Assembly (NCBI GenBank): GCA_964016885.1
Contig: OZ024743.1
Location: forward strand, 122,326,001 to 122,390,000
Reading direction: 5' to 3'
DNA length: 64,000 bases
Source of the DNA: Eledone cirrhosa
Lineage: Eukaryota
The position numbers and the translations under genes are program-made. Each line of letters opens with the position of its first letter. Position 1 is the stretch's first letter. Shown here piece by piece: positions 1-13,308 of the stretch. The notes beneath the pieces were generated by a model. It was not told where the DNA came from, did not search any database, and was given only the letters and a program-made list of their open reading frames with translations.

Positions 1-385
1 GGAAAGTACCATAAATGCTATAGATAGGGGTGGGAGGGAGAGCAAGGAGTATTAGGCAAAAAAAAAAGGAGGAAGGGGTGAGTGTGACAGTCTCTATACA
101 TGAGTAGGAGTAAAATTCTGTCAGAATTTATTTCTAGGATATTACAACATAAATGTTCAACATGTCTGTACAAATGACATAGAGTAACTGGAAAAACAAT
201 TATTTCCAGGCATAAATGCCGGGTTAGACTCGCAAAGCGAATTTCTCATTGTAGCAGCATCACTGTTTGTATGTGTGTGTTTGTGTGCATATGTGTATCT
301 GTGTGTATCTGTGTGTATCTGTGTGTATGTGTGTATGTTTTAAAATGTTACGGGCGGAGATATATCTAAATACCCATACATACGT

Positions 386-608
386 GGCGTATTATTATGG
401 TTAATCAGTAGAGCGTCGGACACCATCCTTAGCAGTACAGATTTACGTCCCTTTACGTTCTGAGTTCAAATCCCACCAAGGTTAGCTTTGCCTTTCATCC
501 TTACAGGGTCGATAAAATAAAGTATCAGTAATGTAGTGGGGCCGATTTAATCGACTTTCCCCTCCCCTTCAAATTGCTGGCCTTGTACTAAATGTAGAAA
601 CCATTATT
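386..608 (+). mobile_element. tRNA-derived SINE, family A, long variant
   Basis: A-box-like 5' end, B-box-like GAGTTCAAATCC, central GCCTTTCATCCTTACAGGGTCGATAAAATAAAGTA domain, 3' GCTGGCCTTGT...GTAGAAAC plus ATT tail; the same sequence recurs about 17 times in the window. Confidence 0.85.
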
Positions 609-1013
609 CTGGTTGATTTTTTAAAAAGAATATACAAAAAATTGACTTACAAATATCTTCTCTTTTCTGTCTTCGAAGGATACAAAGGAACATTATAGTA
701 GTTCCAGAATGTTATTGTTAAAGAATCTTATTGAAGAGTCTAAAACCTTTCACAAGTAAAAAAAAAAACAGATACAAGTTTTTCAAGTTGATTTTTATTT
801 GTTACTGAAGATGAATGTCATAATACTTTATTATCTTATATGACGAATAATAACTACTTTAAAGAATGTTTCGAAATAACTGTTTCAAAAGTATATGAAC
901 GTCCTAGCACAGAAAATAACTGTAATAACAGTCGACCACTATAAATAATAGTTGAAAAGATCGGGAGACGGAAAAAAGTGGACAGAGCCGCTTTCCTTCT
1001 GTAGGGGGTATTT

Positions 1014-1092
1014 CTACGGGGGTCGATAAAATAAAGTACCAGTAATGCACTGGGTAATTGCTGGCCTTGTGCCTAAAGTAGAAACAATTATT
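1014..1092 (+). mobile_element. SINE family A, 3' fragment
   Basis: GGGGTCGATAAAATAAAGTACCAGTAATGCACTGGGTAATTGCTGGCCTTGTGCC matches other copies. Confidence 0.8.
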
Positions 1093-1305
1093 TAAAGTGA
1101 TAGACTGTTACATATATATTGTGACGCTCATATTCTCCCAACAATTTGTAAGTAAAAAGTTTGTTTATCTTATTTTGTGTGAATTAAGATATGAATTTAG
1201 GGCTTAGAACAATTGCATGAATGTAGTAAATAATGTATGTCATGAAAAAAGAGCTTTATTTAAGAAAAAATGGCATGAATAATCTTGAGACTCTCCTTGA
1301 CGCAT

Positions 1306-2369
1306 CTATTCAATAAAACCGCTGTTGGTATCGTTGACTGCTTTTAATACGGGTCTGAAACGTTGACATGCCCGAATCAGATGATCTTTATCTATTTGGG
1401 ACATTGTGCTAGTCATGGAAGACTTCAGAGATGTTTTAGTGATATGGAGGAATCTCCCTCGACTACGCCCCACACATAGTAGCCAACGGATTTAGGTCTG
1501 GAGAGTTAGGAGGCCATATATTAGTGGTGATAGTGGAAGTTGTAACATCCGTTGTTCGGTCGTCTTGGCCTTATGAGACGACGTAGAGTCTTGTTGGTAT
1601 GTGTATGGTCTTCTTTTGCTCAGGCCCTCTATCCAATGCCTTCCAACCCTCTCCAACACCTTATAGTCAGTAGCAATGACACTTAAGCGGCGAGGAAATA
1701 AGTGAGGAGGCATGACAACTTTCTCGTTGCTCACGATTCCCGGAACAATCACAGTAGCCGGAAACTTTGTGTGCATGACCGTCGGAACGTCTTTAGGGTT
1801 TCCGCATAACTAACTGTCATTCCTTTGGTTGATATTTTGGTTCTGATCAAAGTTTTTCTCATCAGCAAAAAAAACAACAAAAAACAAAAAAATACCCCCC
1901 CCCCCCCCCCAACAAAACAAACCATTCCAGATGTTTCAACTTGCTCAACAAGTGCTTTGCGCAGATCAGATGACTATCTTTTGTTTTTGCAGACATGAAT
2001 TGGCTTCTCCGCACCACGCATGATTGTATTGAATGTTCTCTTGCACAATTCTTCCGACAGCACGCCTTGAAACCTTGCACTTCTTTGCAATGGCACTAAT
2101 TGTTTTTCTGGGGTTCTTATCATTATTCTTCTGCACCTTTCGTACACATGTGGGTGTTCTGATTGTAGTAGGACCCTTAGTAGGCGTTTTACATTAGGCA
2201 GCTACTGTACAACTCCTCTCAACGGCTTCCAGTTCTTTGGGAACTTTGACAACAACGACTGCACCAATTTCAGGAAGCCAACAATCTCTAAGTCACTATG
2301 TTCCGCCTTTACGTCAATAATTACTGTGTGCCTTTCCATTTGCTGAGTTGGCTTGAGGTCTGTCATCAT
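1306..2369 (-). pseudogene. Decayed Tc1/mariner transposase (maT/DD37D-like)
   Basis: Minus-strand motifs FADEKNFDQ, HTKFPATV, YQQDSTSSHKAKTT and NSPDLNPL(D)YYVWGVVE, interrupted by frameshifts and stops. Confidence 0.85.
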
Positions 2370-2678
2370 TTATCTGGAAAGAATTGATAATCAGAACAAG
2401 TGAGAAAAAAGTAAGAGCTATTAAAACACGTGTCTTCAAAGAACTGAGCAACATTGTATTATGAGAAAGAATTTTATTTCGTTTATATTTTGAGGGAAAG
2501 ATAGATGGAGGAATCCTAATGAATCCTAATGAATTGTTAAATTACAACGAAACTAATCAAGTTACTGAAACACCTCTCGTGTAATCACAACGAGATTAAA
2601 TACGTACGGAAATGACTGTACATATATTTAATAATATACTAGCTATTTTGCAATAGATATTTTTTTGCACATTTTAAT

Positions 2679-3131
2679 ACTAGACCTGAAAAATGCGCAA
2701 GCTCAAAAGCTCAAAAGAGCTACAGAATGTTATAATAAACCTTCAAAAGTGTGGGACTAGAGTTGTTGCTCAAAAATATTGTAATCATTATCTATCGTAC
2801 ACTCTGTGGCATCCTTTTATAAAAAAGAGACTCATAACGAACTCAAGACGACACGATAATTATTTAAGTGAATTTATAATATAGAATTCGGTTTAAGTGC
2901 ATTTCGTATTAATCATTACTAAACATCTAATATGAGATATTGAACATTAGTTTAATAATTATCGCGTCGTCTTGAGTTCGTTATGAGTCTCTTTTTTATA
3001 AAAGGATGCCACAGAGTGTACGATAGGTAATGATTACAATATTTTTGAGCAACAACTCTAGTCCAACACATTTGAAGGTTTATTATAACATTCTGTGGTT
3101 CTTTTGAGCTTGCGCATTTTTCAGGTCTAGT
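2679..3131. repeat. Fold-back/MITE-like inverted repeat (arms 2679-2864 and 2954-3131, 89-bp spacer)
   Basis: ACTAGACCTGAAAAATGCGCAAGC...GATAATTATT is the near-perfect reverse complement of AATAATTATC...GCATTTTTCAGGTCTAGT. Confidence 0.9.
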
Positions 3132-3939
3132 TTAATATTTTTTTAAGGCAACGTTTGTAATAACTCTAGTTAAACATGATATATATTAATAATAAATTAT
3201 CCTTGTAATGTAATTAGATTATATAATTGTTATTTTATAAATGATCTTATAAATATTATTGTAAGATGTATAAAAATATTTTCAGACTTTTAATAACTAC
3301 AAAAAACAATCAATATTAAATAAATATATTTTACATAATAATTGTTATAGTTGAATTAATAAAAATTAAATATTACATACAAATAGTCTAACATAATAAT
3401 AAAAAAATAATCTAACATAATAATAATAAAATAATCTAACATAAAACGAACAATAATATGGACAAATATACAAGTAAATATGATACAACCAATATTATAA
3501 GCATGTTTTAACGAACTGAAAAAAAAAATAGTTAATATAAATTTTAAAAAATCATATATAAATTAACAATATAAATTAACAATATAACTTACCGAATCGA
3601 GAAAAATATTTTCATGATAAACGACCAAATACAGGAGGAAGATTCGAAAGCGAAACAATAAATAAACGTGCAAACAAAGTGGCGGATGCTTTTGAGCAAC
3701 AATTACTCTCATTGTTAGATTAGCCAATAAGACGATACATTACAAAAGATGTTTGGCAGGGATCACCACGGCCAGCGAAACCCCTTGAATTTTTTATTCA
3801 CAAGCTCGCATATACGTCAGACATGCAGACTTAACACATTCTGTTCTTAGTCACTGCGTATCTAATAGATACATATATGTTCATTGGCAATAGCAAAAAA
3901 TAGCTTTATGCATAATAAGGGTGTATATGAAAACATATA

Positions 3940-4146
3940 GTTAGAGTTAGGATTAGGGTTAGGATTAGGTTTAGGATTAGGGTTAGGACTGAGATTGGGG
4001 ATAGGGTTAAGGTTTAGGCTAGCATTAGGATTTAGGGTTAGGATTTAGGGTTAGGATCTAGGGTTAGGGTTAGGGTTAAGGTTGGGGTTAGGTTTAGGGT
4101 TAGGGTTAAGTTTAGGGCTAGAATTAGTGTTAGCGTTACGTTTAGA
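3940..4146 (+). repeat. Degenerate interstitial (TTAGGG)n telomere-like tract
   Basis: Repeated TTAGGG with TTAGGA, TTAAGG and TTTAGGG variants. Confidence 0.85.
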
Positions 4147-4275
4147 GACAGAGAAAAATATTTTTTCGTTAAGAAGAAATTATTTTTCTTTATAAACGAT
4201 TTTTTTAGTCATAACCAATTGGCAGTAGCACTAAGATAGCGTTGTGCATAATAGATATGTATATAAAAACATGCA

Positions 4276-4321
<46 letters not shown>

Positions 4322-4460
4322 AGTGTAATTTTCTACACAAAACGAAGGTTATAGAGAAAATTGAGGTTGGTAATGGCACATGGAATATATAAGAGACAGA
4401 ATACTTTTTTGTGAAAAAACATATAATTTTATAAGGTAAGGAAATAATAAAGGGTATAAA

Positions 4461-4508
4461 AAAATGACCGGTTTCGATGGGTCTGTAAAAGACATCTTTT
4501 CAAATGTT
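4461..4508 (-). ncRNA. Minimal type I hammerhead ribozyme, U3-A8 core variant
   Basis: Minus strand reads TTGAAAA-GATGTCTTTTACAGACCCATC-GAAA-CCGG-TC-A: core, stem II, palindromic ACCGGT stem III, GUC triplet. Confidence 0.65.
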
Positions 4509-4833
4509 GATTAATATTAAGAAAAATTAATAATACGAAGAGTTAAAATTTGAGATTTGAAAATTCAAGTATAAAATTCATTGTGGGATTTCATAGTAGT
4601 TTTCATCTAGGTAGCAACAAGTTGACTGCTGTGTCCCTTTCTGGTAGTGAATGAGAAGTTATTTGGGGTGTGAGTTATTTTATAAAGGTCAGATTTAGCA
4701 ATGGCCAGCTGGCCAGCTGCTGGTCAGTGAGGGGGTGGAAGCAATATACATACATATATCTTCCTGTGGTCGGTAGGAGAGTGGAGCGTGATAGAAAGGG
4801 ATTTAGTGCACTTACACCTATATATACACACAT

Positions 4834-5410
<577 letters not shown>

Positions 5411-5691
5411 TTTTCCATAATATAAGAAGTTGGGACAGTGAAATTAAAATACAAGTCATTCTGATCACATTGAGTTCTTCATGTAGATTGGGCCCCGCAA
5501 CCGACAGTGGTGAATTCTGTGTGCGCATATATATATAGATATATGTGTGTGCACGTGCAGGGTTTAACATGGATGTGTTGGTCACACAAAGGCATGGTCT
5601 GTCAACGAATAAACCTGATTCTACAGAATTGGTCTCTGGTCTTTAATAGTAGTGATTCCGTGCGTATGTGTGTTTATATTTTATGACAATT

Positions 5692-6504
5692 CTATTGGGG
5701 TGATAACCCGTTTAGTTTTGGTTTAAATTTGTTAAGGAATAGATTTTCTTTGTTTATTCTTTGTTGCTGTGTGAACGAATCTGAGCACTTGTAGAAGGGG
5801 AAGATTTTAAAGTTGGGTAGTGTAATTCCTGCGCAGTTCGCAATATGGCCGCTCAAGGGGATTTTTCTTGTGTTAGCGTCCCGGATTTGTTGGCGGTGGA
5901 TGGTCATTCTTTTGCGTAATGAGGTGCCCGTCTGTCCTATGTAGTTGTGTTTGCACCCACCGCAAGTTATTGCGTAAATCAAGTTCTCCGAGTTGCAGGT
6001 GAAATTGTTTTTTACTGTAAATGTTTGGCCATCTTTGAATGTAAATATTTGTCCTTCAGTGAGGTAGAGGCACGTTCCACAGTTTGTTCTACCACATTTG
6101 GTAACTGTAGGGTTGAGGATTGGTTTGGGTATATTTGGTCCAGTGAGAATGCGTTTTAGTGATTTGGGTTGTCTTTTACTTTTAAGGATCTTGTGTGTTT
6201 CAAGAATAGACTTCATTTTTACATCTTTAAGTAGGATGGGGAGGTTTTTGTGTAGGTGATCAAACATTTCGGTATTTCTGGGGTTGAAAGTGGATACATA
6301 TGGCAGGGTGTTGAGTGTGGTTTTCTGTTTTGGATTGTTAAGTTGATGGGGATTTAGGTGTTTTGCCCTGTCTATTCCATTGTTGATTATTTCAAGTGGA
6401 AAGGCTCTTAAGATAAGGGTGTCTTTTAGTTCCTTTAGTCTTTGCTCCCGTTTAGGTGGATCTGATACTATGGTACATATACGTTTGGCCAAATTGTAAG
6501 GAAT
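5692..6504 (-). CDS. C-terminal part of PLE polyprotein: RT thumb, Cys knuckle, GIY-YIG endonuclease
   Basis: IPYNLAKRICTIVSD thumb; CGRTNCGTC knuckle; NLIYAITCGGCKHNYIGQT...RMTIH...H...KPKLN. The first 22 or so residues of the tracked ORF come from the inverted repeat. Confidence 0.9.
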   Translation of the reverse strand: MPYNLAKRICTIVSDPPKREQRLKELKDTLILRAFPLEIINNGIDRAKHLNPHQLNNPKQKTTLNTLPYVSTFNPRNTEMFDHLHKNLPILLKDVKMKSILETHKILKSKRQPKSLKRILTGPNIPKPILNPTVTKCGRTNCGTCLYLTEGQIFTFKDGQTFTVKNNFTCNSENLIYAITCGGCKHNYIGQTGTSLRKRMTIHRQQIRDANTRKIPLSGHIANCAGITLPNFKIFPFYKCSDSFTQQQRINKENLFLNKFKPKLNGLSPQ

Positions 6505-6827
6505 GTGTGTATATATAGGTGTAAGTGCACTAAATCCCTTTCTATCACGCTCCACTCTCCTACCGACCACAGGAAGCTATATGTATGTATATTGCTTCCA
6601 CCCCCTCACTGACCAGCAGCTGGCCAGCTGGCCATTGCTAAATCTGACCTTTATAAAATAACCCACACCCCAAATAACTTCTCATTCACTACCAGAAAGG
6701 GACACATCAGTCAACTTGTTGCTACCTAGATGAAAACTATTATGAAATCCCACAATGAATTTTATACTTGAATTTTCAAATCTCAAATTTTAACTCTTCG
6801 TATTATTAATTTTTCTTAATATTAATC

Positions 6828-6875
6828 AACATTTGAAAAGATGGCTTTTACAGACCCATCGAAACCGGTTATTTT
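6828..6875 (+). ncRNA. Minimal hammerhead ribozyme, U3-A8 variant, inverted pLTR copy
   Basis: TTGAAAA (6833-6839), GATGG/CCATC stem II, GAAA (6861-6864), CCGG, TT. Confidence 0.6.
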
Positions 6876-6977
6876 TTATACCCTTTATTATTTCCTTACC
6901 TTATAAAATTATATGTTTTTTCACAAAAAAGTATTCTGTCTCTTATATATTCCATGTGCCATTACCAACCTCAATTT

Positions 6978-7008
<31 letters not shown>

Positions 7009-7019
7009 GTATATTCTCT

Positions 7020-7599
7020 ACCAGATAGCGGGAAGCCGCTAGAATTGGTTGAGGACTTCCTGTATCTGGGAGCGAAGATTGGGAATACAGGAGATCATGT
7101 GGTCGAGAGGAAGAGCAATTCCTGGGCGGCGTGCCACAGTTTGAGGTCGGTGCGGAAGTCGGACCTTCGTAAAGACCTGAATATCCGTCTCTTCATTGCT
7201 GTAGGGGAGTCTGTACTGCTGTACGGGTCTGAGACTTGGACACTGACCAAGAAACTCTCTCAGATGGTGGATGGGTGCTACACGATAATGCTGAGGGTGG
7301 CTCTGAAAATTAATCAGTATACACTGAGGATGAAGAACTCAGAGCTGTACGGGAACCTCCCAAAAGTCAGCTCGAGAGTAGCACAAAAGAGACTGAGGTT
7401 AGCTGGACATGTTGACCGACATCCAGAGTTGACACTGCACTCAATGCTCCTGTGGGAGCCCCTGCATGGACACACTGGAAGAGGGAAACCGAGGTTGACA
7501 TATGTTGAGGCCCTAAGGACAGACACTGGTCTCTTGGAGATGATGAGGGACAGAGGCCGCTGGAGAGAACTCGTCCATGGATATCGGGAATTTTACCCG

Positions 7600-7602
<3 letters not shown>
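7020..7602 (+). mobile_element. RTE-clade LINE, 3' fragment
   Basis: LELVEDFLYLG...ESVLLYGSETWTLTK...RLRLAGH...LLWEP...GRGKPRLTY; ends TTTTACCCGCCC followed by (TA)n. Confidence 0.9.
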
Positions 7603-7650
<48 letters not shown>

Positions 7651-7824
7651 AATGACATCTACAGGACTAAATATGTTTCATTCGTATGAAATCACCAGGA
7701 TGAAACAGTTCTACCTCTTTAGAAGTCATTTCTATACATAACAAAAATGCCTATACTCCACGAATATAATGTGGACTTTTTTTCACCTGAGGTCACCTCC
7801 TGACACCCACTGGGAATCTACGCA

Positions 7825-7856
<32 letters not shown>

Positions 7857-7861
7857 CTGTG

Positions 7862-7974
<113 letters not shown>

Positions 7975-8660
7975 GTGTGTATGTGTGTGTGTGTGTTTGT
8001 AAACATAAGCGCATCCATAAATACATAAATGCACCATATGTGCTTGGGAATTCAAACGGGATAACAGGATTACTCAATACCTATCGTAGATTTATTCTTT
8101 CATGCGATGTTAAGTCTTCACTTCGTCACTAATCCAAATTTCCAGTTCTGCGTATATTCATGAAGGTGACTGTAATGATATTTGAATTTTCTTACTTGAC
8201 TGAAAAGCCTACTTTAATGTCATTGAGTGGCCTGTTTAAGAAGTCTCTGTGTACCAAAAATATCTTCGTGAAATATTTAATGCCCTGAAGAATGAGAGGC
8301 GTAACCAAAGCTCGAGACATACAATAGTTGATAGAATGTGGGTAGATGGAAACCTCGTCGACACATATTACAATGTGGAGCAGATGTACAGGATACCTTT
8401 TATACAAGAGAAGAATGACGAAAAAGCCCATAGAAACTTTGATAATGCACTTCTTGTACTAGACATATTTTGATTGTTTATGTGAGTCATGTAGGAAAGT
8501 ATTTACTGGAAAATGTAATGGTAGCTACTGAGTAGAGATTGGAATTGAAGATGATAAAATCCGTGACAGTCCCTGGACCTTCGAAATATTGAAAGAAGGA
8601 TGAAAGATGAATGAACAGTCAGAGAAATCGCCCCACCTCCAATTTTAATGGAACACTCAG

Positions 8661-8762
8661 ATAACTGTTTCTACTCTTGGCACAAGGCCAGCAATTACCA
8701 GTACATTACTGGTACTTTATTTTATCGACCCCGTAAGGATGAAAGGCAAAGTTAACCTTGGC
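8661..8762 (-). mobile_element. SINE family A fragment
   Basis: Reverse complement of the central domain and 3' end. Confidence 0.8.
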
Positions 8763-8899
8763 AAAGTTAACTCTGATAACGAAGAGCAACACCATCGCAA
8801 CAGTGTCGGTGGAATGAAGGATGTTATACTCAGACTAGAACTTATGTGAGAGGATGCAATTGAATGGACTCCGTTGAATGGAGCCAAGTGTCAAATGGA

Positions 8900-10300
8900 A
8901 ACCAAAATTTCGCAGTAATTAAAAATTTGACTTGTATATTATAAACTTAATCCAAATAAATTATAATCTATCAACGGTTGAATTTATATAAAAATAGCAG
9001 CTTATTTCTGCATAAATGTCAAGAAAATTCAAACTTAGTTATTCAACGATTTGAACTTAATAATTACAGTAAATGACAACCGCCCAACCAAAATCAATTT
9101 CTTAGTCGTAACGTTTAATATGAAAAAAAAAAAAAAAAATTCAACTACACATTTGAACAAATGATTTAATGCTATATATAAATCCTACTTCCAAGTGTCT
9201 GGTCTGTTTTCCTTGAAATATATCAGCAAATTTATGAAAGAGAATATCAGCTATCTCTTATGGTAACAGTTTTAAAGAAACCATTACATATTCCAAAGTA
9301 AATAAACTATAATGAGAAGAAACACAAAAGGAAGGGGAATTTAGTTGAATTCACTACGTTAAATTAATTTTAGTACACTACTGTAAACATATTCCTTCTT
9401 GAAAAATTGCACTTTTTCCCTGGGCAAAAATATAGAAGAAATGTTTGGTACAACTTCTTTCAAAATAAACTACTCAACATTAATAAACTTCGCTAACTAT
9501 CAATTAATAATAACAATAAAAATAGATAATTCCAATTAGCAGAACATAAATAACATTAACACCCAACAATGCAACTGTTATTCCACAAAGTGTATATAGA
9601 GTCAATGGTAATTGTTTAGAAAAATTAGTTATTGTACGCATCCTGTGTCATGGCTATCATTTATCTGAACGGCACAGTTTACAGTTAAATAGATATTACC
9701 AGAATAATTATATCATTAAAATATTACAAAGAGGGTCTGTTAATATCTAGTTTATGAAAAATAATTATTTGAAATTACAATATTAAATGGCTTCGATTAG
9801 ACAAAGCAGTATCTTATAAAAATTCAATTAATTCTGCAACATGCATTTTTGATAAAATTGTTATTTTAAAACATAATATTAAAAATTGAATGAGATTACT
9901 GAGCTAATTTCTTCATGCTTACATATGCGAAAATGCCTTCTTAGATAATATAATTCTATCTTTCGAAGTATATCCTGAAACATATGTAAAGCACAAATTG
10001 TCTTTCTTTAAAAACATGATTTAACGTCATAAATATATGAGTGATTTAAAAAATAATTGCATACAAGAAATATATACAGAGTAAATCTTATTTTTTTCTT
10101 ATAACAGTTTGTTTGTACAAGTAATTATGATTAGACTGTTCAAATAACTTACACTGATAAACATCCGCTGCACACACAACACCCCCAAACCAATGATAGT
10201 CAGTCTTAATTTATAAAAGGTGGAATCACAGAATCTGTTGCACATTAACTGACGAGTTATGTGATAGTGAAACATATGTAATATCGTGCTATCAATACAA
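8900..10300 (+). pseudogene. Heavily decayed Naiad-like PLE (RT C-terminus, GIY-YIG, 3' UTR)
   Basis: Ordered motif relics across frames: NFLVVTFN near 9096, KINYST near 9460, CNC...VNGNCL at 9570-9618, ELISSCLH near 9901; hammerhead motif downstream at 10249. Confidence 0.6.
10240..10289 (+). ncRNA. Minimal hammerhead ribozyme motif
   Basis: CTGACGA (10249-10255), GTTATgtgATAGT, GAAA (10269-10272), palindromic ACATATGT, GUA triplet; GCAC/GTGC distal stem I. Confidence 0.6.
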
Positions 10301-11327
10301 ATGTTTTCGGCACTTGCACAAACACCTTCACACTAAAACATTTATGTACTTAAACTTAAAATAATTGACTCATAGTAACACCTATAAATATGAAGGAATG
10401 CCGAAGTAAACTAGATGTTCCAAAGTGAGTCATACTGATTGATTTACTCCATTTATGCAATAACATTAGAAGTCCGCTCCTTTAATCATTACCTTTAATT
10501 AATATGTTTGTTCATTTATGGCCTTGGAAATTATAATTATCTCCCTTTTAAGTTATCTTTCTTTTCATTATTTTCCTTCAATTTCATTTTCAATAACGGT
10601 TTCCTTTACAATTTATTATTTTAATTACATGCCGATAATGAATGTCCCCCTTTTTTTTTATAAATCCATTTCAGCTTCATTGTTATTCATTTTCAATTTA
10701 ATTTAAATAACTTATTCATGAATTATCGTCTATTGGTGATTCACTGTTTAATCCGCGTGATAACTACGCATGACCTGGCTCAAGTTGTTTTACCGCACCA
10801 GCTGGCATTTCACCAGAATGTTTTCAAAGCCATATTTCTACACTGTAAAGAAGCGTAGCTTGCAAACTCCGAGTAAAGCAGCAGCCGAATAAATGAAATA
10901 ATTATAGTTAACAACATATATTTATAGTCTTACACAGACGGTATAATCTTACGTAGAAAATATATGAGCTGAAAACTCCAATTATTTGAGATTGTCTTTA
11001 CAATTTAAAGATAAAATAACCACTTTTGTGGTGTTCAACGCCAGAAAACATACGCTATATTAAAGTAATTCAAGTTTTGGCAAACAAACACACTGCAGTA
11101 AGGAATAGATCTTGCCTGAAAGTCAACTGGCGATAGCAACGGAAATGTTTTGATTTTGTCTGATCTAATCAGCAATCAGCAATTTAACTACAGTTCGCGT
11201 CACAAGAGTGATCAAAGATATATATATATATAAGAAAAGAAGGAGTGAAAGTACGTTATATACATACAATGGAAAGAGGAAAAATATCTCGGGGTAGCGT
11301 TCTGCATGATGTATTCCTCTCACTCAT

Positions 11328-11449
<122 letters not shown>

Positions 11450-11580
11450 ATCTGAATTTTTCAAGTATTAATAATAACATTCGATTCGTTTGCAATTATG
11501 CAAACAAGCCTCAATTTTATAGCCATGTCAGTAGAATGAACCCTTCATTCTCGCTCTTGTGTTGGCATGTGAACAGAACT

Positions 11581-11623
11581 GCAGAGACTAATGTTTCTGG
11601 GTATCACCCTTCATCAGTACAGC
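11581..11623 (-). ncRNA. Minimal hammerhead ribozyme motif in a probable PLE 3'-end fragment (about 11450-11730)
   Basis: Minus strand: CTGATGA-a-GGGTgatACCC-a-GAAAC-atta-GTC, about 130 nt upstream of (TA)n on that strand. Confidence 0.55.
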
Positions 11624-11741
11624 TCACTGTTCACCTGCCAAACTGTCAGACCTAGTGAAAATATATGCTATTTTCAAAAATACACAGTGACTGATCGGCC
11701 TGATTTGCATATTAGCAGACTGGCTGATCGAATGTTATTAT

Positions 11742-11837
11742 TAATTTTGCCTTTCATCCTTACGGGGTCGATAAAATAAAGTACCAGTAATGCACTGGGT
11801 AATTGCTGGCCTTGTGCCAAAAGTAGAAACAATTATT
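11742..11837 (+). mobile_element. SINE family A, 3' half
   Basis: Central domain and 3' end match other copies. Confidence 0.8.
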
Positions 11838-11894
11838 AATATTTGAAAAACTCAGATTACATTTATTGTATTCAGCCATGTAGAGCGAAAATTT

Positions 11895-11978
<84 letters not shown>

Positions 11979-12413
11979 AACTTAAGAAAATTAACATAGA
12001 AAGGACAAGACAACGAACAGAAACAAAACAAAACGAAAAGCAATTTTTAAGGGAAACCTTAACAAATTAAAAAAAAAAAAAATACAAACGAAGGACACTG
12101 AACTCTATGGTCATCGGCCGTTGAGATGGACTTAAGCAGTTTCGACCCTCACCAACGGTACTACTGGTACATCCGGGGTCACAGCGTCTGACATAAGCTA
12201 AACGCTGTCCAGTGGAGTAAGAGAAAATGGACAAAACATTAATTTATAGCCGCGTTAAGGTACAAAACATACAATTTTGTGTAGGGTCAGGGAAAAATGT
12301 CTGGTGCCTCATAGCACGAGACATGAATGAAACAAAGAAAAAGTAAGAAAAAAAGTAAGAAGAAAGTAAGATATCGTGTTAAAAATGTAAGCCATACTCT
12401 ATCTATCCATCTA

Positions 12414-12648
12414 GGGCGGGTAAAATTCCTGAGATCCATGGACGAGTTCTCTCCAGCAGTCTCTGTCCTTCATCATCGCCGCCATGTCCTGCGTCTCCCA
12501 GATACCCGTGTCTGTCCTTAGGGCATCAACATATGTTAACCTCGGTTTCCCCCTTCTTGTGTGTCCGTGTAGGCACTCCCACAGGAGTACTGAGTTCAGT
12601 GTCAACTCTGGATGTCGGTGAGCATGTTAAGCTAACCCCAGTCTCATC
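12414..12648 (-). mobile_element. RTE LINE 3' fragment, same family as 7020-7602
   Basis: LLWECLHGHTRRGKPRLTYVDALRTDTG; identical 3' end GAATTTTACCCGCCC. Confidence 0.85.
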
Positions 12649-12976
12649 TGTGTTATATAAGGATAATGATAAACACATTACTCATCAGAGTACATCATAT
12701 TTTATTTTAATTCACATTGCCTCATACGCTATTCCAGTGACAATAATTTGTCTCGATGTAGCCATCTCATTAGGCTGTCCAATAGACAAATATCCCGTAT
12801 AGCCAAGGGACTATGTAATCGATCACATGGTGTTCTACTAAACTTTTACTGAATTAGAAATCACACACACACACACATAATTGTGTACCCAATGGGGCAA
12901 GGCACGTCTATTGTATCTTGTGAATGACATCGTAATGTGCCTCGATATAAAAAAAACACTTAAAAACTATAATATA

Positions 12977-13308
12977 ATAATTGTTTCTACTTTTGGCACA
13001 AGGCCAGCAATTACCCCAGTGTATTACTGGTACTTTATTTTATCGACTCCGTAAGGATGAAAGGCAAAGTTAACCTTGGCGGGGTTTGAACTCAGAATGG
13101 AAAGGGCCATAACTCTTTGCGTCAAAGCATAGCGTCCGACCCTCTACCGATACTGCCAAAATATAATAATTGTTTCTACTTTTTGGCACAAGACCAGCAA
13201 TTACCCAGTACATTACTGGTACTTTATTTTATCGACCCCGTAAGGATGAAAGGCAAATTTAACCTCGGCGGGATTTGAACTCAGATCATAAAGGAACGTA
13301 ACTGCTAA
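12977..13308 (-). mobile_element. Two tandem SINE family A copies (12977-13159 and 13165-13308)
   Basis: Both contain the reverse-complement B-box (TTTGAACTC) and central domain. Confidence 0.85.

Noticed and set aside
7665-7700. Minus-strand CTGGTGA-tTTCatacGAAt-GAAAC motif between TA runs
   Set aside because: Core A6 is mutated and stem I is absent; at most a decayed hammerhead.
8090-8473. Short ORFs at 8192-8473, possibly a GIY-YIG relic or an exon
   Set aside because: Motif similarity is too weak to assign.
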